Of a stretch of DNA of 64,000 bases, positions 18,703-26,594 are shown in pieces. A program made the position numbers and the translations under genes. Each line of letters opens with the position of its first letter. Positions within the stretch are counted from its first letter, which is position 1. Origin of the DNA: a virus. Its lineage: Duplodnaviria > Heunggongvirae > Uroviricota > Caudoviricetes. Location: the IMG/VR virus record IMGVR_UViG_3300042922_000270; one strand, written 5' to 3'. The notes under the pieces were generated by a model. It was not told the DNA's origin. It saw nothing but the letters and a program-made list of their open reading frames with translations, and made no database searches.

Positions 18703-19194
18703 TTATTTCTTCTTCTTAGCGTATGTGTAGGCGTATACGCCCTCTTCACGATTAAGAGTCTCTATACCCTTAACGTAGAAGCCTTCTTCAAACTCAGGTA
18801 GCTTAACGTCGCCGTCCACAGTATTCTTAGTTAGAACAGTAAGCTCCACTTCAGAGATATAGGGCAGCGCCTCTTTAAAGACTCCAGCTCCACCGATAAC
18901 CCAGCCAGTGTTATTAGCTAGCGTTAAGGCCTCTTGTAGATCCTTAGCTACGACTAGACGCTGACCAGCTTTAAGCTTAGCATCAATCTTACCAGACGAG
19001 ATGACAATGTTCAAGCGCCCAGGAAGGGGCCTGTAAGCCTCAGGAAGGCTCTCCCAAGTCTTCCTACCCATGATGACAGTCTGACCAAGAGTAAGTCTCT
19101 TGAACCTAGCCAGGTCTTCAGGACAGTGCCAGGGTAGTGTGTTGTTATGACCAATAGTACGTAGTTCGTTCATGGCCAGGATAGCTTTAATCAT
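18703..19194 (-). CDS. frd: dihydrofolate reductase
   Basis: MIKAILAMNELRTIGHNNTLPWHCPEDLARFKRLTLGQTVIMGRKTWESLP matches the DHFR N-terminal signature. Confidence 0.85.
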   Translation of the reverse strand: MIKAILAMNELRTIGHNNTLPWHCPEDLARFKRLTLGQTVIMGRKTWESLPEAYRPLPGRLNIVISSGKIDAKLKAGQRLVVAKDLQEALTLANNTGWVIGGAGVFKEALPYISEVELTVLTKNTVDGDVKLPEFEEGFYVKGIETLNREEGVYAYTYAKKKK

Positions 19195-19487
19195 TTAGTA
19201 AATACCAACTCTATTTGTTCTGCACAGACATAGACCCAACCGACTTCATCACCATCATAATCTACCCTACCAGGGTCTGTTAGACAGATTATGTGTTCAT
19301 CCTCGTCGTGTAGAGCATACTCTTCATCAATAGATTCTATCTCTAGAATTCTACCAATCTCTCCAGGGCTAGGATAACAGGTTGTATCACTTACCTTTTC
19401 ACCCTTACGGTGGTGGTCTTGGGGAAATGGGGGAATAGGGACAAACTTAGTTATTGTAACTAGGTCCCCGACTTGAAACTTAGACAC
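19191..19487 (-). CDS. small paralog-family protein
   Basis: FQVGDLVTITKF ... EQIELVFTK. Confidence 0.6.
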   Translation of the reverse strand: MSKFQVGDLVTITKFVPIPPFPQDHHRKGEKVSDTTCYPSPGEIGRILEIESIDEEYALHDEDEHIICLTDPGRVDYDGDEVGWVYVCAEQIELVFTK

Positions 19488-19852
19488 TCAATGTCACCTT
19501 CTTTATTTTGATAATAGACAGCCCGTATGCCTGTCTCAGCCAGCATCTCCTGACAGATAGGACAGGGCTTAGAGCAGACTGTATTATCTGCTTTACTCAA
19601 ACCTGTGACATAGAGTATAGCCCCATCTAGAGAGATACCTAGTCGTTGAGCCTGTAGCACAGCGTTCAGCTCTGCATGTATAGATCTACCAAGGTTGTAT
19701 CTACTATCCTTAGCTTCAGCAATAGACTGCTTGTTAACTCCTCGTGATACTACCTTGCCAGACTTAACGATAATACAGCCCATCTTATAGGGCCAGAATT
19801 CACTTTGTCTAGCTAGTCTCAGAGAAGTATTAATCCAAGCGTTATGTCTCAT
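19460..19852 (-). CDS. dCMP/cytidine deaminase family protein (probably dCMP deaminase)
   Basis: HAELNAV ... PCPICQEM zinc-binding CDA motifs (H.E and PC..C). Confidence 0.8.
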   Translation of the reverse strand: MRHNAWINTSLRLARQSEFWPYKMGCIIVKSGKVVSRGVNKQSIAEAKDSRYNLGRSIHAELNAVLQAQRLGISLDGAILYVTGLSKADNTVCSKPCPICQEMLAETGIRAVYYQNKEGDIECLSFKSGT

Positions 19853-20106
19853 TTAGTAAATGCTGGCTCCAGGAATTCATTGGGGACCAGGAAGTAAGAG
19901 GTCCCCTCAAAGCTATCAGATATAACCCAGGTGTAGGTGTTATCATTATAGTAAGGGCTATTCACTTCTACTACCTTATTGATAACTGCCTGATACCTTC
20001 GAAGCCTATACTCGGGACCGAGAATATCGTAATGCTTCAGAGTGGCTCCGGGTTTAACTATTACCAGATCCCCTGGTCTTAGGTTTGATCCAGATGTAGT
20101 TGCCAT
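19849..20106 (-). CDS. small paralog-family protein
   Basis: LRPGDLVIVKPG ... FLEPAFTK. Confidence 0.6.
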   Translation of the reverse strand: MATTSGSNLRPGDLVIVKPGATLKHYDILGPEYRLRRYQAVINKVVEVNSPYYNDNTYTWVISDSFEGTSYFLVPNEFLEPAFTK

Positions 20107-20124
20107 TTCTATCTCTTTCGAAAG

Positions 20125-20370
20125 TCATATAGTAAATACTACCTGTAAATAATTAGTGGGTACAAGTACAGTCCGGTCCCCGTCAGGATGTTTAATTTGA
20201 TCTTTAAGCTTAAGGTGACGCATCTTCCAATCAGAACTTACACCAGACATAAAGTCTACTTCAAAGACCTTACCGATACATTCGAGATAACAGTCGTAGT
20301 CAGAAGGAATGGTAGAGTAAGGTTCTATTGGAGCGCCAGGAAGCACTAGTACTAGATCGCCATTGTTCAT
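20125..20370 (-). CDS. small paralog-family protein
   Basis: MNNGDLVLVLPG ... YLQVVFTI. Confidence 0.6.
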   Translation of the reverse strand: MNNGDLVLVLPGAPIEPYSTIPSDYDCYLECIGKVFEVDFMSGVSSDWKMRHLKLKDQIKHPDGDRTVLVPTNYLQVVFTI

Positions 20371-21194
20371 ACACTCACATCCATCTTGATATGAGAATGG
20401 GGGTTGTAGTCCTCTAGAATAAAGTCTTCCATCCTAAAGTCATTCATAGTAGTCACTGGTCTAATAATACTGAGAGTAGGTAGCGGCTTGGGCTTACGTG
20501 TTAGCTGAAGTTCCAACTGTTCAACATGGTTGAGGTAAGCATGAACGTCACCAAGAGTAATAACAAGCTCCCCAGGTTGCAACCCAGCAACGTGACTATA
20601 CATATGCAGTAGCAAAGCATACTGAGCAATATTGAAAGGTAAACCGAGTCCAATGTCTGATGACCTCTGGTACAGCATCAAGTCTAACTTACCGTTAGCT
20701 ACGTATAGCTGGTGTGACTTGTGACAAGGGGGTAGAGCCATCTCTGATAGCTCGCCAACGTTCCAGCCCTCAACAATAATCCTACGTGAGGTTGGATTCT
20801 CTTTGAGCTGTCTGACTGCCTCAGCTACCTGGTCGATATAGCCATCCTTCTTGTAGAGAGTGGTATCACCCATCTTCCTGAACTTAGGCCAGAAGCGCCA
20901 CTGACGACCATAGATAGGTCCTAGGTCACCAGTAACAGGATCAGCCCATTCATTCCAGATGTTGATGTTCTTCTCAGTAAGCTGCTTGTTGTTGCAGTCT
21001 CCCTTGAGGAACCATAGCATCTCTTCAGCGGGCAATCTGAAGGGTACCTTCTTGGTTGTCAGTAATGGAAATCCATTATCCATAGAAAACCTAATAGTCC
21101 TGCCAAAAACAGACCTAGTGCCGGTACCTGTCCTATCTGATCTATCGGTGCCATTGTCTAACACGTCCTTAACTAGTTTTAGGTATTCATTCAT
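20367..21194 (-). CDS. thyA: thymidylate synthase (ThyA-type; a dCMP hydroxymethylase-like alternative is not excluded)
   Basis: GDLGPIYGRQWRFW, RRIIVEGWN, MALPPCHKSHQLYV (active-site Cys), DLMLYQRSSDIGLGLPFNIAQYALL are classic ThyA motifs. Confidence 0.85.
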   Translation of the reverse strand: MNEYLKLVKDVLDNGTDRSDRTGTGTRSVFGRTIRFSMDNGFPLLTTKKVPFRLPAEEMLWFLKGDCNNKQLTEKNINIWNEWADPVTGDLGPIYGRQWRFWPKFRKMGDTTLYKKDGYIDQVAEAVRQLKENPTSRRIIVEGWNVGELSEMALPPCHKSHQLYVANGKLDLMLYQRSSDIGLGLPFNIAQYALLLHMYSHVAGLQPGELVITLGDVHAYLNHVEQLELQLTRKPKPLPTLSIIRPVTTMNDFRMEDFILEDYNPHSHIKMDVSV

Positions 21195-21418
21195 ATAGTA
21201 AACATTAATTCCAATTGATCGGGAGTAGCATAGTAAACCTTGTTAGAGTCTATCTTAATAATGATATGGTACTCCGGGTATTGATTCTCTAAAAAGTAAT
21301 CATAACCTAAGTTCTTTACAACCTCAGCTATAGAGTTAAGAAAATCTGGAGGAACGGTGTCCAGCTCAGGAACAAGTTCTACTGAGATAATCCTAACTAT
21401 GTCACCCGCATTAAACAC
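21191..21418 (-). CDS. small paralog-family protein
   Basis: MFNAGDIVRIIS ... DQLELMFTI. Confidence 0.6.
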   Translation of the reverse strand: MFNAGDIVRIISVELVPELDTVPPDFLNSIAEVVKNLGYDYFLENQYPEYHIIIKIDSNKVYYATPDQLELMFTI

Positions 21419-21662
21419 TAAACATTAATTCCAATTGCTCTGCACAAGCAAAGACAGGTGAGGTGTTAACAAACCCTATTACGTAAATAAACGGGTCTCC
21501 ATGCCACACTAGGGATCCAGGATATACTTTAAGTATCTCGTAGATACCGTCCACATAATCATGACCAGGGCCACCCTCAATATAGTGGGTGACCCTTATA
21601 ATATCGCCTTTAACAAACGGTGTGGGAGATAACTTAGACTCGTCGTAGTTATTCAGTGTCAT
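21411..21662 (-). CDS. small paralog-family protein
   Basis: FVKGDIIRVTHY ... EQLELMFSV. Confidence 0.6.
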   Translation of the reverse strand: MTLNNYDESKLSPTPFVKGDIIRVTHYIEGGPGHDYVDGIYEILKVYPGSLVWHGDPFIYVIGFVNTSPVFACAEQLELMFSV

Positions 21663-22095
21663 CTAAATCAAAGCGTTGGTTGCGCTTCAGTTTATTCTCT
21701 AACTCGTCCAAGAACTTCATGATGTCTTCCTGGGTACTGAACCCGCCACCAGCCATAAAGAAGTCTGCACCAGGAGCAACGCCGTTAAACTTGGAAGTCT
21801 TAGGAGCTGCAGGCTTAGGAGGGTTAGGGTTATTGGGATCCAGCTTTAGCTGTTTCTCAAGAGCAATAATCTCTGCGTCAACCTCAGCCCCTAGTTCAAT
21901 AAAGTGATTTACCTTAGCTTGAGATTCACACCATACATCGATCCACCTGGATCCTTCAATAGCTAGGTCTTTGGGACCCGAACCGATTCGATACTTAAGA
22001 GGAAAGTCATTATTGATTTCGTTTAGTTTATCTAGTACAGATACCATACGCAGGAAATCAGCTACGTCTCTACATTTAATTGATACCGGGTGCAT
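21649..22095 (-). CDS. hypothetical protein
   Basis: 148 aa ORF. Confidence 0.45.
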   Translation of the reverse strand: MHPVSIKCRDVADFLRMVSVLDKLNEINNDFPLKYRIGSGPKDLAIEGSRWIDVWCESQAKVNHFIELGAEVDAEIIALEKQLKLDPNNPNPPKPAAPKTSKFNGVAPGADFFMAGGGFSTQEDIMKFLDELENKLKRNQRFDLDDTE

Positions 22096-22110
22096 TATGT
22101 TCTTTCTTGT

Positions 22111-22323
22111 TTATTTAGTGAATGCAGGCTCAAGTCGAGCCTCGTATTGATGTGTCCAGTAATGTAACCAGCCAGTGTTAATTTCAAAGGTATAGTACCA
22201 GTCCCCATCACGCCATACGGCTTCTGATTCGATCTCTCGGATAGTGCCGTCATCTATTACAAGGTCACCGACCTTATATTTAGGGCTTGGTGCATTCATC
22301 GAGCTTGTGCATCTTTGAACCAC
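22111..22323 (-). CDS. small paralog-family protein
   Basis: YKVGDLVIDDG ... RLEPAFTK; the true start may be the internal ATG at 22299. Confidence 0.55.
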   Translation of the reverse strand: MVQRCTSSMNAPSPKYKVGDLVIDDGTIREIESEAVWRDGDWYYTFEINTGWLHYWTHQYEARLEPAFTK

Positions 22324-22412
22324 CGAAGAATACTACTTCTCCGAGGGGTTCAAGATCCTCTAGTTCTAGGTTATACTCTAGGGCCATTTCTTCTACTGTC
22401 TTCACTAACTCT

Positions 22413-23453
22413 TTATCCTTGTTCTGCATACTTCACCATCTCAGCGATGATAGTGTCTAAAGTTTGATCAGAAGGTATTCCCATACCTGCTGCATTCTTA
22501 TGTCCACCACCACCATACTTCTTACAAAAGAGACCCAAGTGAACCTTAACGTCTTCATGACACCTAAAGCTAATCTTGGGTTTATCCTGGGTAACTAATG
22601 CTACAATTCCACCGGTCTCTGTATAGATAGCGTGTGACACAAGTGACACATACTTACCGGCTTCAACTACAACAACGTTATTAGAATATTCTACCATAGA
22701 TTTACGTGCAGTAGCAATAGCTCCTGTTAGTTCATTCTTGGCTAGACGCATGTAATAAGAGAGTACGGGGTGAGAGTTAAATACTTGTGACCAGGTAAGA
22801 CCATTCCTGATGGTCTTTTCTTCGATGCACCAATTAAGGTATTCCATAAAGCTATAGCTGTCATGAAGAAGCTCACCCGCAAGTCCCAGATCGCCTGCAA
22901 GGCCTAGAGGATCTCTCCAGCAGTCTACATCTCCACAGAGTCTCATGAGGTCTATTACAGCCTCCTGGTAGTCTTTAGTGATGTTAGGGCAGTTATCTAA
23001 GAAGTACCTGCCTGCCAGCTCAGAGCCAGCTCTTGGCGTTCCTTCTGAGTCATGAGTCTCCAGGATGCTCCCTTCGTCCAGGGTATCGTGGTAGAACTCG
23101 GCCATGGGTACCGCCGTGGGATGATGGTCCAGAACGATAAACCTCCCACCAGACTCGACAAAGTTAGTGAGGGCTTCCGGGAGGGCATAATTAATGACTT
23201 CGTACTCAGAGAGTTCACCCTCGAAGCGGGTTTCAGAATTACATCTATCTCCAGGGATCTTGATTGAGCAGTCTGAGAGAATAACGATGTCATACTTCCT
23301 AGTCTCTAGTTCTCTTAACAGTTTAAACGCTACCTGATGTACCCCTACAGGGATGGTTCTAACGTGATCGTTAGGGTGGGCTAGTCTAATAGCCACACCA
23401 GCAGCATTACCGTCAAGGTCGTCATGCGTGATGTTTAGAATTCTAAGCATCAA
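22413..23453 (-). CDS. DHH-family phosphoesterase (NrnA-like oligoribonuclease / pAp phosphatase)
   Basis: ITHDDLDGNAAG (DHH motif I), FIVLDHHP (DHH motif III), C-terminal GGGGHKNAAG (DHHA1 motif). Confidence 0.8.
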   Translation of the reverse strand: MMLRILNITHDDLDGNAAGVAIRLAHPNDHVRTIPVGVHQVAFKLLRELETRKYDIVILSDCSIKIPGDRCNSETRFEGELSEYEVINYALPEALTNFVESGGRFIVLDHHPTAVPMAEFYHDTLDEGSILETHDSEGTPRAGSELAGRYFLDNCPNITKDYQEAVIDLMRLCGDVDCWRDPLGLAGDLGLAGELLHDSYSFMEYLNWCIEEKTIRNGLTWSQVFNSHPVLSYYMRLAKNELTGAIATARKSMVEYSNNVVVVEAGKYVSLVSHAIYTETGGIVALVTQDKPKISFRCHEDVKVHLGLFCKKYGGGGHKNAAGMGIPSDQTLDTIIAEMVKYAEQG

Positions 23454-23919
23454 CAGTCACCATATTAGTTTCGTTGAAGTTATTCCAAGTCTCAGCTTTA
23501 TACACCCACTGACCTGCAAACTCACTATAGAAAAGCATCTCAACAGTGTGTTCAACTTTAACACCATAAGCTAGAGTAGTATCTAGATACTCGGTTGAAG
23601 TAAACTTGTCACCCTTACTAAACTTAGGCTGGATGGGATAGTCTTCCAAACGGTAAGGGCCGCTCTTATGAATATCCATAGCACGCTTGGCTAGAGAACC
23701 TGAAGCATAGCCATCAAGACTCTCATATCTCAGAACAGTTGCTCGCCAAAACGTAGTAGATGGGCTACTTTCTGTGTACAGTAAGTGCTGCATAGCTGCC
23801 ATAAACTGGTACTCATTGGTTTCACTTACCATAGCTTGGACAAAGTCATCAATCTCTGCCTGTGACAAGGTTTCATGATTCTTGGTTGCTAGTTCTCTAG
23901 CTCTTTCAAGTAGTGTCAT
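23443..23919 (-). CDS. hypothetical protein
   Basis: 158 aa ORF. Confidence 0.45.
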   Translation of the reverse strand: MTLLERARELATKNHETLSQAEIDDFVQAMVSETNEYQFMAAMQHLLYTESSPSTTFWRATVLRYESLDGYASGSLAKRAMDIHKSGPYRLEDYPIQPKFSKGDKFTSTEYLDTTLAYGVKVEHTVEMLFYSEFAGQWVYKAETWNNFNETNMVTVDA

Positions 23920-24134
23920 TAGCTGGCCAACGCAATAGGCATCTGAGACTCAAGGACCTTCACACGTGCCTCTAGGGCAATGTAGTCAGCCCTTAGAGCA
24001 TCTAGATCATCAAAGACCTTTACGAATACTTCTTCTGCTTTGGGGTCCGGAGTACCGTCTAGCTTCTTGCTGTTAAGAAACGCATTCAGCCTTTGGGTAT
24101 TCATCTTCCAAAAGATACCAAGTTTCTCAAGCAT
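23919..24134 (-). CDS. hypothetical protein
   Basis: 71 aa ORF, coupled. Confidence 0.4.
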   Translation of the reverse strand: MLEKLGIFWKMNTQRLNAFLNSKKLDGTPDPKAEEVFVKVFDDLDALRADYIALEARVKVLESQMPIALAS

Positions 24135-24337
24135 TACTTAGACACCAGGTAATCTACCCACAGTAGCCAGTGCTCCTGACGGGCCGTAAACTTAGCTGTG
24201 TTATCTTTATCAATAAACAATACAAGATCGTTAGGATGTTCTTGATCAAGACTCTCGAACAGAACCTTCTGCTCTTCTGTAATATTTTCAAAGACCCTAC
24301 TGAGGGTCATGTCGTTAGGACGTCCTTGTTTCTTCAT
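24134..24337 (-). CDS. hypothetical protein
   Basis: 67 aa ORF, coupled. Confidence 0.4.
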   Translation of the reverse strand: MKKQGRPNDMTLSRVFENITEEQKVLFESLDQEHPNDLVLFIDKDNTAKFTARQEHWLLWVDYLVSK

Positions 24338-24648
24338 ACCGTAAATATTAATTCCAATTCATGTGCTTCACAGGACCACCCATCGTGGGACTGTTCCTGA
24401 CCGTAACCCTTTTTTCCAGAACCCAATATAAGACTATTAGGGTAAAGATCAATTCTGTATAGTAGTTTACCGGGATCAGCCCCTAGCCAATCTTCAAATA
24501 TCTCTACGACCTTACCGATCGAGCCAATCACTTTATCGTAGTTGATACAATAAAGCCCACCATCAACCTTAGTGTCTAGTTGTGTGCCATCACTAAATGA
24601 CATAGCTTTAACCACAACCAGGTCACCGACTTTAAATGCTGAAGACAA
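24334..24648 (-). CDS. small paralog-family protein
   Basis: FKVGDLVVVKAM ... HELELIFTV. Confidence 0.6.
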   Translation of the reverse strand: MSSAFKVGDLVVVKAMSFSDGTQLDTKVDGGLYCINYDKVIGSIGKVVEIFEDWLGADPGKLLYRIDLYPNSLILGSGKKGYGQEQSHDGWSCEAHELELIFTV

Positions 24649-24859
24649 GCGTTAGTTCCTCATGCTTGAAGTGAGCTTTTCTGTCCCCCTCAAAACATAC
24701 AGTATAATCGTATGTGTTATCGGCCTTAAAGAGATAGATTATCTCCCCAACAGGTCCTAAGTAATAAGGCTCTAGTGCTTTAGATAAGACCCCACCAGGA
24801 GTTATAGCGTGGGCAACCACCAGGTCACCCACTTGATATTTAGACTTTGAAGTATTCAT
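24632..24859 (-). CDS. small paralog-family protein
   Basis: YQVGDLVVAHAI ... EELTLVFSI. Confidence 0.6.
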   Translation of the reverse strand: MNTSKSKYQVGDLVVAHAITPGGVLSKALEPYYLGPVGEIIYLFKADNTYDYTVCFEGDRKAHFKHEELTLVFSI

Positions 24860-25559
24860 GATTGCGCCTGATCTTACCTAAGATCTCTTCAGCCTTAGTT
24901 ACGTTAGCCTTCTTACGAAGCACACTGTGTTCGTGACACTCAGCTAAGAACCTAAGTCTTAGGTCTAGAGCCCTGAGCATAGCAGTAGGGGATACTTCTC
25001 CATGCTTGATACTGAGATAGAAGTCTACATCTGAGGATGCAACCTTAGGGTTCATGACACGAGTAGTCAGAAACTTACAACCTAGGTCAACAACACGGAT
25101 AGCGTGCATGACTTCTTTGCCCGTTACTTTCTTACTATAGTCACCCATATGAATGTCTTCTAGGGTCTTACGAACCTTAGAGGCGTGTCCACGAACACAA
25201 TTAAAGTAATCATCTCTGGGAACAATATGAGGGACAACCCTCTGAATCTCATTGTAGATCTTTACGTGACCGATATGCTGTGGCTCAAAGAAGAGCATCT
25301 CAAGACATCCGTGGTTACCCTTAGAGACTAGCCTCAAGAACTTCTCAATCTCATGGAACTCAACATCAGCGGGTTCGTGTAGGCAGACAGTCTCAGCAGG
25401 TTTACTAAACCTAAAGAAGTCTACTGTAGGAGCAACATAGACTCCCTTATAGTCATAATCACTGGTCTCTGTAGCTAGACCAAACCCATGACTACCGCCA
25501 ACTCCCCAGAAGAGGATCTTGCCTGGTAGCTGGTCTTCATTGATTGGTAGTTTATCCAT
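24840..25559 (-). CDS. predicted nucleotidyltransferase (Pol-beta superfamily)
   Basis: GVGGSHGFGLATETSDYDYKGVY matches the GS..G....SD.D NTase signature near the N-terminus. Confidence 0.5.
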   Translation of the reverse strand: MDKLPINEDQLPGKILFWGVGGSHGFGLATETSDYDYKGVYVAPTVDFFRFSKPAETVCLHEPADVEFHEIEKFLRLVSKGNHGCLEMLFFEPQHIGHVKIYNEIQRVVPHIVPRDDYFNCVRGHASKVRKTLEDIHMGDYSKKVTGKEVMHAIRVVDLGCKFLTTRVMNPKVASSDVDFYLSIKHGEVSPTAMLRALDLRLRFLAECHEHSVLRKKANVTKAEEILGKIRRNHEYFKV

Positions 25560-25569
25560 GGTTACTTTC

Positions 25570-25818
25570 TTATAGAGAGAACATCAGTTCAATCTCATCT
25601 TGTTTAACATTCCAGTTACGTTGGGTACCTGTTTTGTAGGTAAACGTAACTACATAAGGATATGTTGCTCCCTTACGTACTCGTTTGACCTCACCAATAG
25701 ATCCAATAAACCTAACTATAGTTGACCCCCTAACTCTACCTGTACCGTATGTACCTGGAGTTACGTTGGTCATTACTACGATGTCGCCAACCTTGTACTT
25801 ACAAGACTGCTTACCCAC
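25570..25818 (-). CDS. small paralog-family protein
   Basis: YKVGDIVVMTNV ... DEIELMFSL. Confidence 0.6.
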   Translation of the reverse strand: MGKQSCKYKVGDIVVMTNVTPGTYGTGRVRGSTIVRFIGSIGEVKRVRKGATYPYVVTFTYKTGTQRNWNVKQDEIELMFSL

Positions 25819-26084
25819 TAGACGGTAAACACCGGCTCAATCTCAGCTTCAGCCAAACAATAGGACTTATCGATCTGTCTGCCAGACTTAGCTGTAAACT
25901 TGAATCTTACATAGTAAGGGTACTTAGGACTGGAACTGCGTAGATACACAATCTCTCCAAACTCGCCCTCAAAGAAGGGAAGAGCTGAATCTCTTACCGT
26001 ACCCTTACCATCACCAAAGTTCTCAGTGATCTTCTTAAAGAGAACCAGGTCTCCTTTATTATATTTACGAGGCTTCTTAGCCAA
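25818..26084 (-). CDS. small paralog-family protein
   Basis: YNKGDLVLFKKI ... AEIEPVFTV. Confidence 0.6.
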   Translation of the reverse strand: MAKKPRKYNKGDLVLFKKITENFGDGKGTVRDSALPFFEGEFGEIVYLRSSSPKYPYYVRFKFTAKSGRQIDKSYCLAEAEIEPVFTV

Positions 26085-26089
26085 TTAGT

Positions 26090-26401
26090 TTATTCCTCTG
26101 GTTTAGCTTTAGATGCCAGAATAAACTTCTTGGTGAGACCCGTCACATGACAATCAATCATATACATACAAAAGTTACAGCAGTCCCAGCCTGTTGCAAC
26201 CTTTCCTTCTACAATTATGTAGCCATCGATGTTGTCGCGGGGACAGTTAAGTGTCTTTGAATAGTTATCAGAGTCCACCAAGGATTCAATCCTGGTAGCT
26301 TTATTAGTTGGGTTATGCTGGACCATAGCATAACTAAACTTAGAGCTTAGGTATGGTAGGTCCAGCTTACCCTTTAGTAGAATAGGACGACTATCGTCCA
26401 T
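26090..26401 (-). CDS. hypothetical protein
   Basis: 103 aa ORF. Confidence 0.4.
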   Translation of the reverse strand: MDDSRPILLKGKLDLPYLSSKFSYAMVQHNPTNKATRIESLVDSDNYSKTLNCPRDNIDGYIIVEGKVATGWDCCNFCMYMIDCHVTGLTKKFILASKAKPEE

Positions 26402-26594
26402 ACATAGATGCTAGTAACATACCAGCGATGCAGATTAAGTGCAACCAGAACCGAAGTCCTGGCTGCTCAACAATCTTAGCCTCAATGGTAGGGTAGAAGA
26501 GAAGTGCTGAGACAGCACAGAAGAAAGCCACCCCGTATGACCCAAACAACAAGTTTAGGATACAGAGGACAGCCATAAGAACTGAGGAGAACAT
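26391..26594 (-). CDS. small membrane protein
   Basis: 67 aa, two hydrophobic helices. Confidence 0.4.
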   Translation of the reverse strand: MFSSVLMAVLCILNLLFGSYGVAFFCAVSALLFYPTIEAKIVEQPGLRFWLHLICIAGMLLASMYGR

